Shown here: positions 8,964-17,406 of the stretch, piece by piece
Layout: each line of letters begins with the position of its first letter
Position numbering within the stretch: position 1 is the stretch's first letter
Source: a virus
Taxonomy: Duplodnaviria > Caudoviricetes
Length of the DNA: 43,180 nucleotides
Direction: 5' to 3' (one strand)
IMG/VR virus record: IMGVR_UViG_3300044505_000028
Location: 1 to 43,180 of that record
Program-made: the position numbers and the translations under genes
Notes under the pieces: generated by a model
The model's input: only the letters and a program-made list of their open reading frames with translations
Databases searched by the model: none
Told to the model about the DNA's origin: nothing

Positions 8964-9721
8964 AGGATCACCACCTTCCGGCCTTCGGCCTGAGCTAGCG
9001 CGTCAGGGCGGCGTTTGCGGTATTCGGCCTCAACGTGATCGGGCCATCGCTTCTCGGGGTCGAGTTTCGCGGCGAACGCGGCCAGCGCAGCCGGATCGCC
9101 CCGGAAGCACTCGTCCAGCAGGGTCTTCCACGCCGGCCAGTTCTGCGGGCCGATTTTGACCCGACCTACCCGCTTGAGGGTCTGTGCCCAGGGCTCGGAT
9201 TGGACGTATGGCCATCGCTCCGCGTCGGTGGAGGGACGGGCCTCGGGCGCGCGCGCGTTCGCGTTCTTTGCTTCTGGAGCTGCTTCTGGAGCTGCTTCTG
9301 CTTGGGCTAACTGTGGTTTACTGGAGTTTACAGAGCTAACAGCGCCAACCGCCCCCTCGGACTTCTTCTTGCGGTAGCGCGCCATGTATTCCCGCATGTA
9401 TTCTCGCCGCTCTTCTTCGTCGCGCCGGTTCCGGTAAACCTCGTAATTGACCAGTCCCCAGCCGCCGTCGAGCTTCACCAGGCGTCGCCCCTCGTTATTC
9501 CCACTCTTGTCGTAAGGGTCGGGCGCGCAAAGCTCGTCCAGCGCGCGCTGCGTCTCTTCCAGCGTCAGATTGCTGATGCGCGCCAGCCCTGGCACGCTGG
9601 CCTCGACAAAGCCCACGGCATTTGCGCGGGCAAGCATGGACAGAAACAGCAGGCGCGTCTCTTTTGACGCGGACCAAAGCGACGACTCGGTGATCGACGA
9701 GAAGAGTTTGGCGTAGCTCAT
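8960..9721 (-). CDS. Phage replication initiator (replisome organiser)
   Basis: YAKLFSSITESSLW N-terminal wHTH-like region, REYMREYMARYR segment and a repeat-rich linker. Upstream of the DnaC-like gene. Confidence 0.75.
   Translation of the reverse strand: MSYAKLFSSITESSLWSASKETRLLFLSMLARANAVGFVEASVPGLARISNLTLEETQRALDELCAPDPYDKSGNNEGRRLVKLDGGWGLVNYEVYRNRRDEEERREYMREYMARYRKKKSEGAVGAVSSVNSSKPQLAQAEAAPEAAPEAKNANARAPEARPSTDAERWPYVQSEPWAQTLKRVGRVKIGPQNWPAWKTLLDECFRGDPAALAAFAAKLDPEKRWPDHVEAEYRKRRPDALAQAEGRKVVIL
9270..9350. promoter_or_regulatory. Putative replication origin iterons inside the initiator gene
   Basis: 12-bp tandem GCTTCTGGAGCT repeats, then GTTTAC/GCTAAC/GCCAAC hexamers at 9-10 bp spacing. 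Related motifs occur upstream of the gene (9730-9770). Confidence 0.4.
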
Positions 9722-9764
9722 GACCGGATGTTAGCCCTGTAAATGTTTACGCAAGTCGGAAGTT

Positions 9765-10244
9765 TTACAGTTCACATCTGTCCAGATCCGGCGGCGTATC
9801 CCGCAGCGGCGGAAACGCCGGACACTGGCCCAGCCAGTGGTGCTGGATGCTCTTGCCCGGACCGAATTCACGCAGGCGGAGGCAGTACCAGTTGAGCAGG
9901 TGCGTCTGGTTCGCGTCAAAGACCGCCAGCACGCCGATCGCGCCGGCAGCGTCGGCCTCGTCCAGCGCGCGGACCTGGTGCAACTCAAGGTCAGAGAAGC
10001 GCACCGGGCGTCCAGGCCGATACTTGCACTCAACGTGAACAGCCTTGCCGTTCGGTGGCAGAATTGCCTTGATGTCACCACTCACCGCCTTAGTGCGAAT
10101 GGTTCGCCCACGGAAGACTTTCGTCGGCGTGGCGATCCGCTCGACCAGCTTGCATCCGTGATAGAGCAGGTGCTGGACGACGACTTGCTCGAATTGGTCG
10201 CCGCGACGTTGCGAGATACGGGACTTGGAGCTACGCGATGGCAT
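9765..10244 (-). CDS. PD-(D/E)XK nuclease, RecU/Holliday-junction resolvase-like
   Basis: RGDQFE...SGDIKAI...HVECK...HQ..AL pattern. Confidence 0.7.
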   Translation of the reverse strand: MPSRSSKSRISQRRGDQFEQVVVQHLLYHGCKLVERIATPTKVFRGRTIRTKAVSGDIKAILPPNGKAVHVECKYRPGRPVRFSDLELHQVRALDEADAAGAIGVLAVFDANQTHLLNWYCLRLREFGPGKSIQHHWLGQCPAFPPLRDTPPDLDRCEL

Positions 10245-10824
10245 TGGATTCTCCGTTGTGGGTTCGGCGGTCGGCGCACCAGCTATCCGCACCACGCGGT
10301 CCTGTGTTAGCCCTTGGCGTGATTATCGCCCTCTCTGCATCCCACCCCATACACCTAATCCGTTTAGTTAATGCAGACAACTTGACGACGCATCGATCGT
10401 CTTCCGCCCATGCAGACAAGCTTTTCGTTTCCCCGAAGGCGGTCACATAGGCGTTATTTCTTTTGTTACGTGCTTGCGTAAAAGAGTCGGTCCAGCGGCA
10501 ATTTTCCCGGAAATAGCCAACGGAATTATCAATCCTGTCGATAGACTGACCAGGCAAAGGCGCCCCCATGTCGGCAAAAAAATTAGCAAATGACGACAGC
10601 CATGCTTCGCAGACCTTTATTCCGCGACCACCATAATCTGAATAATTGTGGGCCGTTCTGACAGTGCAGCGATAACGAATCCCTCTCCATGCACGATATG
10701 CCTTTGTCTTTTTTAGAACGCACCCGCACGATTTGACGTAAGATTGAACGCGATCGCCTTTCCACTTTTCTATAAGCGCCGCGCGGCTGGTGGTGGGGTT
10801 GGAGTAAGGGAGGGAATGGCTCAC
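10231..10824 (-). CDS. HNH-type homing endonuclease-like protein, low GC, possibly N-terminally truncated
   Basis: KSCGC, YGGRGIKVC..W, SIDRIDN..GY...NCRW, QARNKRNN motifs. GTG start overlaps the upstream TGA. Confidence 0.8.
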   Translation of the reverse strand: MSHSLPYSNPTTSRAALIEKWKGDRVQSYVKSCGCVLKKTKAYRAWRGIRYRCTVRTAHNYSDYGGRGIKVCEAWLSSFANFFADMGAPLPGQSIDRIDNSVGYFRENCRWTDSFTQARNKRNNAYVTAFGETKSLSAWAEDDRCVVKLSALTKRIRCMGWDAERAIITPRANTGPRGADSWCADRRTHNGESNAIA

Positions 10825-11102
10825 CAGCAACCCCCTCTGTGAACTCCCGCACGAAGGACGCAGGTGAAACTATTTGCGCGCATCGCCCGATCACGAGCGC
10901 CCTGCCGGTATGCCTCCTTGCGAATCAGCTGAATTGTTTGATCCAGCTTTTCCTGCATGGCGATAGCGAGCGCCCTGACAGCTACGTCGCTGCCGCCAAG
11001 TTCAGTCTTGAGCGGATAACACTCGAGCTTCCCATCGTTTAGGTTGCTGGGAATATCGACATCGACGCGGAGCGCGGTGCCTTCGGAGCGAATCCGGATC
11101 AT
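10821..11102 (-). CDS. Hypothetical protein
   Basis: ATGA-coupled operon member. Confidence 0.6.
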   Translation of the reverse strand: MIRIRSEGTALRVDVDIPSNLNDGKLECYPLKTELGGSDVAVRALAIAMQEKLDQTIQLIRKEAYRQGARDRAMRANSFTCVLRAGVHRGGCW

Positions 11103-11311
11103 GGCCGCACCACCTTCATCAAATCCGCCGCAATGCCGGCGTCATCGAGGTAGGTGTCGAGCGCGGTCTTGAGCGGCTCGCTCTGCACGCCCTGGCCACG
11201 GAGCCAGTCGAGGTAAAGCAGGCCCTCATCGGTGCGGGCGATGTCGTCCAGCGTCCGCCCTCGGTATTGGCCGAAGGGGACGACGACGATCTTGGATTCT
11301 GCGAAGGTCAT
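11099..11311 (-). CDS. DUF3820-like small protein
   Basis: PFGQYRG...YLDWL signature. Confidence 0.7.
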   Translation of the reverse strand: MTFAESKIVVVPFGQYRGRTLDDIARTDEGLLYLDWLRGQGVQSEPLKTALDTYLDDAGIAADLMKVVRP

Positions 11312-11319
11312 GGGTACTC

Positions 11320-11760
11320 CTAGAACGGCGGTTCGTCGTGGTTGCTGGTCGATACGCCGGGCGTCGCCCTTGTCGGCTTCTCCTGCGCCGGCTCCGCATC
11401 GGTCGCGGCCGGCTTGCCGCCATCGCGCTGTCCGCCATCCAAGAACTGCACACCGTCAGCGACGACCTTAAGCTTCTGGCGCTTCTGCCCGTCCTTGTCG
11501 TCCCAGGCGTCGAGCTTGAGCCGGCCCTCGATGAAGGCGGCGCGTCCCTTGGTCAGGTATTGGCCGACCAGCTCGGCAGTGCGGCCCCAGGCCTCAATGT
11601 CGATGAAGGTCACCTCCTCCCTTGGCTCGCCGTCAGCGCCCTTGAAGCGGCGGTTGACGGCCAAGCCGAAGTTGGCGACGGCGGATTGCCCGACCTGTCG
11701 CAGTTGCGGGTCGCGGGTCAGGTTGCCCGCCAGTAGCACGCGGTTGATGGCAACGCTCAT
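11320..11760 (-). CDS. ssb: Single-stranded DNA-binding protein
   Basis: INRVLLAGNLTRDP..., OB-fold motifs, acidic DEPPF tail. Confidence 0.95.
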   Translation of the reverse strand: MSVAINRVLLAGNLTRDPQLRQVGQSAVANFGLAVNRRFKGADGEPREEVTFIDIEAWGRTAELVGQYLTKGRAAFIEGRLKLDAWDDKDGQKRQKLKVVADGVQFLDGGQRDGGKPAATDAEPAQEKPTRATPGVSTSNHDEPPF

Positions 11761-12518
11761 GATTTCCTCCCGGTCGGGGCAGTGCCGACCAATTCATCCA
11801 GGCGGCAGCCTGGGACTTTGATTCCGGCCGTAAGCAGCCGCTTGATTTGCGCTTCATCTGGGACCAGCAGCACAGCGCCGCTGAGTTCGCGCGGAATCAG
11901 GGCGGCGTCTTCGATGACCAGCACCTTGCTGACCTTCTCGCGCACCGACGACTTGACCGGCGGCGGCACGTAGACCGGCTGGATCGGCACCGCCGGCTTT
12001 TCGGGCGCGACGAACGCCACCGTTGGCTCATCGACCGGCACCGGGTCTTCGCCGGGCACCGGATCGTCCTTGGGCAGTGCCGCCAAGCGCGCGGCTTCCT
12101 CGCGCTCACGCTCAAGGCGAATCTGCTCCTGGCGCTGGCGCTCGGCTTCCTCGCGGGCCTTACGTGCCAGTTCTTCGCGGCGTGCATTTTCGCGCTTCTG
12201 CCAATCCTTGATCACAGCGCCCAGCCGGGACTTCTCGGCCTCGATCGGTGCGACCGCTTCCTTGGCGGCGGCGTCCAGCGACCGGCCAAAGTCGAGCGCC
12301 GGCTTCTTCAGCGTCTCTCGCGATTTCTCGATCTCGCGCGACAGTGTTTGGAGCTGCTGATAAGCGGCATCGGCGTTCTTGAACGCCATCTCGTCGCCGT
12401 CAGGGATCGACGCGATCACGCCCGAGGCATGCAAGGCCACATCGATCCGGTTCAGCGCCTCGTCAGAGACGAGGACCGAGACCGCCGGAACCGGGCTGCT
12501 GATGGTGACGGCGGTCAT
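11757..12518 (-). CDS. Coiled-coil recombination-region protein (Gp157/DUF1351-like)
   Basis: Long helical coiled coil ending in IKVPGCRL. Lies between the annealing-protein gene and ssb. Confidence 0.55.
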   Translation of the reverse strand: MTAVTISSPVPAVSVLVSDEALNRIDVALHASGVIASIPDGDEMAFKNADAAYQQLQTLSREIEKSRETLKKPALDFGRSLDAAAKEAVAPIEAEKSRLGAVIKDWQKRENARREELARKAREEAERQRQEQIRLEREREEAARLAALPKDDPVPGEDPVPVDEPTVAFVAPEKPAVPIQPVYVPPPVKSSVREKVSKVLVIEDAALIPRELSGAVLLVPDEAQIKRLLTAGIKVPGCRLDELVGTAPTGRKS

Positions 12519-13558
12519 GGCAGCACCTCGCCATGCGACTGCTTCACTAGGCGGTCGACCAGCGACTTCACCTGGTCGGGCGTCATCTGGTCGTTGCCGT
12601 GGGCATCGACCTCATCCTGGATCAGTTGTCCGCCGGCATCGCCACCCAGCACGGCGACGATGCGCTGGCACGCCTCGCCGATGGTGGTCAGCACGCGCAG
12701 CCGCTCGTCGCGTTGTTCGCTGGCTTTATGCGCCTGCCACACGCGGGTCGCGGCCTTCACGCCGAGGGCCGATTGCACGGCGCGGTAGGCCGCCTGCATG
12801 GGATCGCCGCCGGTAGCAGTGGGGGCTGGCGCTGCTGGCTTGGCCTGCTGCTGCGGCTGGATCGGTGGCGCTGCGGCGGCAGTCTGCTCCGCGCGCTGCG
12901 CATGGCGCTCCGCAGCCTCCTTCTCGGCAGCTTGAGCGTTCGCCTGGATGTCCTCCAGATCCTGAGTGAACAGGTCGCTCGCCGCCGTCGCGGTGATGGT
13001 GGCGTCGACGTAGGCCCGCTTCTTGCCGATCTTCAGGCAGGTATTGAACACGTCGGCGATGTCGGGGTTCTCGACTTTGCCGCGCACTTGGCCTTCGATC
13101 GCTGATGCCGCCGGATTGGCGCCGCAACCGCCCTTGTCCGGTGGGCACCAGTAGCCACGGCTGGTCTTGATCACCGTTTCCTTCTGGCACTCTGGGCATT
13201 TCGCCCGTGAATTGCGCCAGCGGTATTTGCTTTCCATCGTCGAGCAGGTGCCTAGACCCTCGCCCATGACTCGGCCACTCGGCAGCGCCAGCCGGCAAGT
13301 CACGCGATACTCGCGGTGTTCGCCCGGCAACGCGCGCTCTTCGACGACGAAGCTTGGTGAAAGTTGGAACGCCAAGCACAGCTTGTCTGCGCCGGGCTTG
13401 AGCAGGTTCTTCTTCGTGTCGCCAGGGAACGACGCGCCGTAATGCGCGCCCTCCTTCATGACCTTGTGCAGGACTTGCTCGACCAGTTCGACGTGCCGAA
13501 GCACGGTCGCCAGCGTCGGCGCGATGTCCTGGGGTTCTATGGTTGCGGGTGCGTTCAT
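12515..13558 (-). CDS. Putative single-strand annealing recombinase with Zn-ribbon insert
   Basis: KPGADKL...GLGTCSTMESKY...NTCLKIGKKRAYVDA...SDLFTQDLED; CPEC/C..C insert; near ssb. Confidence 0.6.
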   Translation of the reverse strand: MNAPATIEPQDIAPTLATVLRHVELVEQVLHKVMKEGAHYGASFPGDTKKNLLKPGADKLCLAFQLSPSFVVEERALPGEHREYRVTCRLALPSGRVMGEGLGTCSTMESKYRWRNSRAKCPECQKETVIKTSRGYWCPPDKGGCGANPAASAIEGQVRGKVENPDIADVFNTCLKIGKKRAYVDATITATAASDLFTQDLEDIQANAQAAEKEAAERHAQRAEQTAAAAPPIQPQQQAKPAAPAPTATGGDPMQAAYRAVQSALGVKAATRVWQAHKASEQRDERLRVLTTIGEACQRIVAVLGGDAGGQLIQDEVDAHGNDQMTPDQVKSLVDRLVKQSHGEVLP

Positions 13559-13655
13559 GCGTGGCCCCTCCTAGTGGGCCGGTTGGTTGAGGGAAGGTCC
13601 GGTTCCTCCGCAGAGCCGGGGTGCGGTGCGCTGCGGGCCAAGCCCGCTAGGACGG

Positions 13656-13952
13656 TCAGCCCGTCGGCGCAAGTGAATGGATGAATTCGACTTCCTCGGC
13701 GTGCGCAGCGTTCGCCTCCTTCGCGAGTTTCAGTGGGTCGGTCAGCGTGCGAGCGACCAGTGCAGAGAGCAGCAGGGACGCAGACGCAGCGGCCTCCAGC
13801 CGGTGTTTCTCGGGCACGCAGTCGAGCAGATCCGCGAAGTGCCGGCGCCAGTCAGGCAGCGAAGCGCGGAGCCTGCGGCGAGCCTCGGCGGCATTGGTCA
13901 TGAATTTGGCGGCGTCCTCCCTCGTCGGCACCTGGTCAGTGATTTGGTTCAT
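13656..13952 (-). CDS. Hypothetical protein
   Basis: AGGAG RBS upstream; helical ORF. Confidence 0.6.
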   Translation of the reverse strand: MNQITDQVPTREDAAKFMTNAAEARRRLRASLPDWRRHFADLLDCVPEKHRLEAAASASLLLSALVARTLTDPLKLAKEANAAHAEEVEFIHSLAPTG

Positions 13953-14024
13953 GTCTCTCTCCTGGGGCTAGGTGTACCGATAGCGGAACACATGCAAGCG
14001 GAAACTTCCAGCGGCAGATCCGCC

Positions 14025-14240
14025 CTAGATCCGCAGCGGCCTGCCAATCGCGCGGGCGAGTGATTCAGCGGTTTCCAGGGTGCATCCTTTCCCCTGGAGA
14101 AATTCACAGACGCGACTAGGCGACAGGCCGGCGCGGGCTGCGATTGAGCGCAGGGTCGATCCGGCGTCGATCTCGCGACGGACCAGGCAACGCAGGCGGT
14201 CTGATATGGTGGGGGGGCGCTTGATCACGCTTGCGGGCAT
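14025..14240 (-). CDS. XRE-family HTH regulator
   Basis: TLRSIAARAGLSPSRVCEFLQGK...TLETAESLA HTH pattern. Confidence 0.8.
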   Translation of the reverse strand: MPASVIKRPPTISDRLRCLVRREIDAGSTLRSIAARAGLSPSRVCEFLQGKGCTLETAESLARAIGRPLRI

Positions 14241-14269
14241 GTGGTTATCCTTTGGATCAGTTTGCGCGG

Positions 14270-14503
14270 TTAGAGAGGAACGACAGTCGCCGTTTTTGCG
14301 TCGGTATCAATTTCAATCGTGACGTATTCCCCATACTTCACCCACGGCTTCACTGCATGCTGCAGTGTTTCTCGCCGTGATTCCGTAAGGTCCGCCATTT
14401 CGCCATCTGACAGGCCAAGTGATCTGGGGACCGACTCAGCCGCCGCGTCGTTCAGCGATTCATAAATGCCATCAGGATCTTTGAGGGTGATGCGAAGTTT
14501 CAT
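14270..14503 (-). CDS. Hypothetical protein (77 aa)
   Basis: MKLRITLKDPDG...YGEYVTIEIDT; AAGGGA RBS. Confidence 0.65.
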   Translation of the reverse strand: MKLRITLKDPDGIYESLNDAAAESVPRSLGLSDGEMADLTESRRETLQHAVKPWVKYGEYVTIEIDTDAKTATVVPL

Positions 14504-14526
14504 GCTGTCCCTTGAGTGGTGGTTGA

Positions 14527-15075
14527 TCAGCGGCCCGCAGCCAGCACGCGCTCGACGTACCGCTGGGCCTTGGGTGAACGGAAATCGTTTGGCCGGTGCC
14601 ACATGGCCACGGCATCCAGCCAGCTCCCGGTGCGGTCGAAATATCGACCGAGGATCACGCGGGTTGCGCGGATCGCGTAGGCGCGGTCCTGTTCAAAGAA
14701 CGACGGCGAGAAACCATGCAGGCGCAACGTCGCCGGCATCGCCTGCGTGATGCCGACTTCACCGGCACGGCCACGGTTGCGGTTGACGTAGTTGATCGAT
14801 CCATCAGCACGGAAATGGCTGGAGGTCTCGGCAGCCATGATGCCGCGCAGCGCCCAATCCGGGCAGTCAGCGCCGCTGGCCTTGCCGCTGAAAATCAGCG
14901 CGGCGACTGTCAACAGGACGGCCAAAACCAAGGCCAACGGGAGGGCGTATCGCCTTGGCCGGCGATCAGGATCGACGAGCGGGTACGCTTCCGCGCCCTG
15001 ACCGATACACTCGTCGCAATATGCTCGGCCATCGCGTGCCTCGTACTCGCAACCGTGGACGGCGCAGCGGGTCAC
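14527..15075 (-). CDS. Membrane-anchored lytic transglycosylase (SLT/lysozyme-like)
   Basis: Catalytic-like AETS, GEVGITQ and W.DAVAMWH motifs, preceded by a TM helix (LPLALVLAVLLTVAALIF). GTGA-coupled start. Confidence 0.7.
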   Translation of the reverse strand: MTRCAVHGCEYEARDGRAYCDECIGQGAEAYPLVDPDRRPRRYALPLALVLAVLLTVAALIFSGKASGADCPDWALRGIMAAETSSHFRADGSINYVNRNRGRAGEVGITQAMPATLRLHGFSPSFFEQDRAYAIRATRVILGRYFDRTGSWLDAVAMWHRPNDFRSPKAQRYVERVLAAGR

Positions 15076-15269
15076 AGCCCCACCGCCCGCAGCAGCGCCG
15101 CCCGAATGTGCGGATTTCGCGGGAAAAACCCGCGAGTCGCGTGCGAAATGGTCGAACAGGAGCATTCGACTTCCTTCGCCAGCGCGCGCCATGTCTTGCC
15201 GCTGGCTTCAAATGCCGCGCGGAACTCGGCGGCGGTGGGCGGGGTGGGGGTGGGCTTGGTCTTCGGCAT
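15072..15269 (-). CDS. Cro-like HTH protein
   Basis: TWRALAKEVECSCSTISHATRG HTH; near the start of the early operon. Confidence 0.7.
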   Translation of the reverse strand: MPKTKPTPTPPTAAEFRAAFEASGKTWRALAKEVECSCSTISHATRGFFPRNPHIRAALLRAVGL

Positions 15270-15328
15270 GGCCGGGATTCCTAGGTGTTGTCCGGGAGAA
15301 GCAAGTGGAATGTTGCGCGGCAGGAGCG

Positions 15329-15538
15329 TCAGTCGTCCCAGCCACAGCGCCGAGGCTGGCAGTCGCCAAGCGGGTCGAGGCCGAGCGCGAGGCTCACAGC
15401 GGCAATCCTGGTGTCCGACCAGCGACCGTAGTGCGCGCACTCGGCGATCGCTTCGCGGATCGGTTGCCGACCGCCTTCTGCGGCCATGCGGACTTCGGTC
15501 AGGTCGGTTTTGAGGGAGTAGGGGGCGGCGGTGGTCAC
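15329..15538 (-). CDS. Hypothetical protein, first early gene
   Basis: AAGGA RBS before the GTG start. Confidence 0.5.
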   Translation of the reverse strand: MTTAAPYSLKTDLTEVRMAAEGGRQPIREAIAECAHYGRWSDTRIAAVSLALGLDPLGDCQPRRCGWDD

Positions 15539-15742
15539 GGGGGTTCCTTTGCAGGCATTGCCTGCGGTTGGGGTTAGGTTAGAGCCAGCCCTGGCCGGCT
15601 ATGTTTCGCGATAGTAGCAACGGGACGGCGGGCGCAAGTTAATTTCCCGCCCCGGCGCCCCGCCAGCCGGCGAATGATGCGCCCCTCTGGAAATCCCGCA
15701 GACAGCAGCTAGACTCGGCCAGCCCCCGACTCGGAGGACAAA
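15539..15742. promoter_or_regulatory. Divergent control region with candidate leftward promoter
   Basis: The two arms diverge here. The minus strand has TTGCGC (15637-15632) and an extended TG-n-TACTAT -10 (15616-15611); the spacer is only 15 bp. Confidence 0.4.
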
Positions 15743-16084
15743 ATGCCCAGCCGCGACGAATATCTCCGCCACCTACACGACAAGCCGGGCGAGGAACCGG
15801 AAGCGCCGGAGGTGCCCTGGCACTACCGGAAGACAGTCCTCGCCGCTGCCGAACGCCGACTCCGCGAAAAGAACGTCACGCTCGGAGCCAGCGTTGCCGC
15901 CGCGAAGAACAGCGGACAGGTGCGCGTGATGCTGCTGACGCCGGGGTCTGACTTCTCAAAGAACGGATACGCCAACACCGCCGATTGCCAGGGAGCATTC
16001 GAGTCGAATATCGATCCCGAGCAGCTGGGGCGCGAACTGGTCGACAGCCTGCTGGAGAATATCGAGAAGGAGCGGGTCAAATGA
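15743..16084 (+). CDS. Hypothetical protein, first rightward gene
   Basis: GGAGG RBS. Confidence 0.7.
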   Translation: MPSRDEYLRHLHDKPGEEPEAPEVPWHYRKTVLAAAERRLREKNVTLGASVAAAKNSGQVRVMLLTPGSDFSKNGYANTADCQGAFESNIDPEQLGRELVDSLLENIEKERVK

Positions 16085-16380
16085 AGATGCAAATCGGAGA
16101 CGAGCTACACCCACGGCTCATCACTGAGTGCGGCGGACTGACGCACTCACTTCTCCAGGAGAAGCTGGAGGACACCGTAGCGTACCTGCTGAAGTACCTG
16201 CTTCTCAGGCCGGCCAGCCGCAACCAAGAAGAGCATGATGAACTGGTGAAGTACCACGAATCCAATGAGCGCGGAGCCGCGCAGGCGGCAGAGGCTCGCG
16301 CGTTTGTGTCGGCTGTCGGAGCCGCAGCGGCGAAGGGGAATCCGCTGCGCATCATTATCACACTGGAAAGTCAGGAATGA
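16081..16380 (+). CDS. Hypothetical protein
   Basis: ATGA-coupled on both sides. Confidence 0.6.
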   Translation: MKMQIGDELHPRLITECGGLTHSLLQEKLEDTVAYLLKYLLLRPASRNQEEHDELVKYHESNERGAAQAAEARAFVSAVGAAAAKGNPLRIIITLESQE

Positions 16381-16820
16381 GCGCACGCAAAGACCCCGCA
16401 TCAGCACGGACTCGACGCCGAGCGTTCGCTGAACACCTGGCCACTGGCATCAGCCAGACGGAAGCAGCGCGCCGCGCCGGGTACACGGGCACCGATGAAT
16501 CACTGGGAAACACCGCATCGAGACTGATGAAGAATGATGAGGTCCGGCAATGGCTCGACGCAGCTCGCGAGAAGGCCAGCACCGCGCGGATCATGACGGC
16601 CCAGCAGCGCCGCGAGCATCTGACGCGGATTGCACAGACGGAGATGTCAGAACACCGCGACCAGATCAGCGCGATCAAGGTGCTAAATGACATGGACGGC
16701 CTGACGATCAAGAAGATCCACCACGCGGACAAGGACGGGAACAGCCTGGGAGCGGACCTGGCGCAGATCCCGACCGAAGTGCTGCGGAAGAGACTCGATG
16801 AGCTGAGGGGGAAGAAGTGA
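16377..16820 (+). CDS. terS: Terminase small subunit
   Basis: SQTEAARRAGY...NTASRLMKNDEV...DQISAIKVL pattern; upstream of terL. Confidence 0.85.
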   Translation: MSARKDPASARTRRRAFAEHLATGISQTEAARRAGYTGTDESLGNTASRLMKNDEVRQWLDAAREKASTARIMTAQQRREHLTRIAQTEMSEHRDQISAIKVLNDMDGLTIKKIHHADKDGNSLGADLAQIPTEVLRKRLDELRGKK

Positions 16821-16944
16821 GCCCTCTGCCTAAGCGCCAATCCCCAACCGTCGCCATCGAGCTGATGGACCTCTACACCGGCAAGACGTGCCGGATTAAG
16901 TGGCCTACATTCCCGAAGGACACGGATCCAGATCACACTGCCAA
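16817..16944 (+). pseudogene. 5' half of the phage gene interrupted by the cassette array (reads on through attC1 to a stop at 17026)
   Basis: Joins in frame to 18298..18553 when 16945..18297 is removed, giving ...DHTAN|YQWNDGNWGCDCNR..., 127 aa. Confidence 0.8.
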
Positions 16945-16994
16945 CGTCGAAGCTAACGGGGCGCATAGCGCTCCCGTTCAGCGCCCTGTTGGGC
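16939..16994 (-). mobile_element. attC1 integron recombination site (56 bp)
   Basis: Minus strand: R'' GCCCAAC / AGGGC / L'' GCTGAACG / GG A GCGC TAT GCGC CC / L' CGTTAGC / TTCGAC / R' GTTGGCA. Canonical 5- and 6-bp spacers and two extrahelical bases. Confidence 0.9.
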
Positions 16995-17342
16995 GATCAA
17001 ATAACATTCAAGGAGATAAACTATGAGTACACGGATCAACTATATTCCGATGCTGCTGGATGATCTAGGCAATCCAACGTATCCAGATTATGAACTGGAA
17101 GGCGAGGACACGCCGGAACGGGCAGTGATCGAGGCCGCTTATAACTGGGAAACGGCAGCAGAACTGCGCGATGGAAAATTGATGTTGGCCAAGGTTGAAG
17201 ATACGACCGAAATACCGCCAGAAGATGAATGGGAAGACATAAAAAATGCATCTGAGGGGAATTGGAATCCTGGCGACCCGTGGCGGAAGTGGCTTGGTTG
17301 TGTTGAGGTCCGTTTGGTATGTTCCGATGTTCCGATGCCCAA
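16945..17342 (-). mobile_element. Gene cassette A (398 bp)
   Basis: Bounded by AA|C crossover points. Circularising it gives a perfect GCCCAAC...GTTGGGC attC. Visibly lower GC than the flanks. Confidence 0.8.
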
Positions 17343-17406
17343 CGCCAAAGATGACCGGGCCGCTGAAAGCGGCTCCGGTCCATCGCCTTGTTGGGCCGTG
17401 TCATGA
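17023..17406 (+). CDS. Acidic hypothetical protein, cargo of cassette A (its stop lies in the next cassette)
   Basis: AAGGAG RBS. Reads through attC2 (PNAKDDRAAESGSGPSPCWAVS). Confidence 0.75.
   Translation: MSTRINYIPMLLDDLGNPTYPDYELEGEDTPERAVIEAAYNWETAAELRDGKLMLAKVEDTTEIPPEDEWEDIKNASEGNWNPGDPWRKWLGCVEVRLVCSDVPMPNAKDDRAAESGSGPSPCWAVS
17337..17396 (-). mobile_element. attC2 integron recombination site (60 bp)
   Basis: Minus strand: R'' GCCCAAC / AAGGC / L'' GATGGACC / GG A GCCGCT TTC AGCGGC CC / L' GGTCATC / TTTGGC / R' GTTGGGC. Confidence 0.92.

Noticed and set aside
14269-14528. Lower-GC 77-aa gene with CTCTAAC at its stop as a cassette
   Set aside because: No L boxes, stem or complementary core found.
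16939-17396. The two hairpins read as rho-independent terminators or CRISPR repeats
   Set aside because: They have no U-tract, lie inside open frames and differ in sequence while conserving attC geometry; there is no repeat-spacer periodicity.
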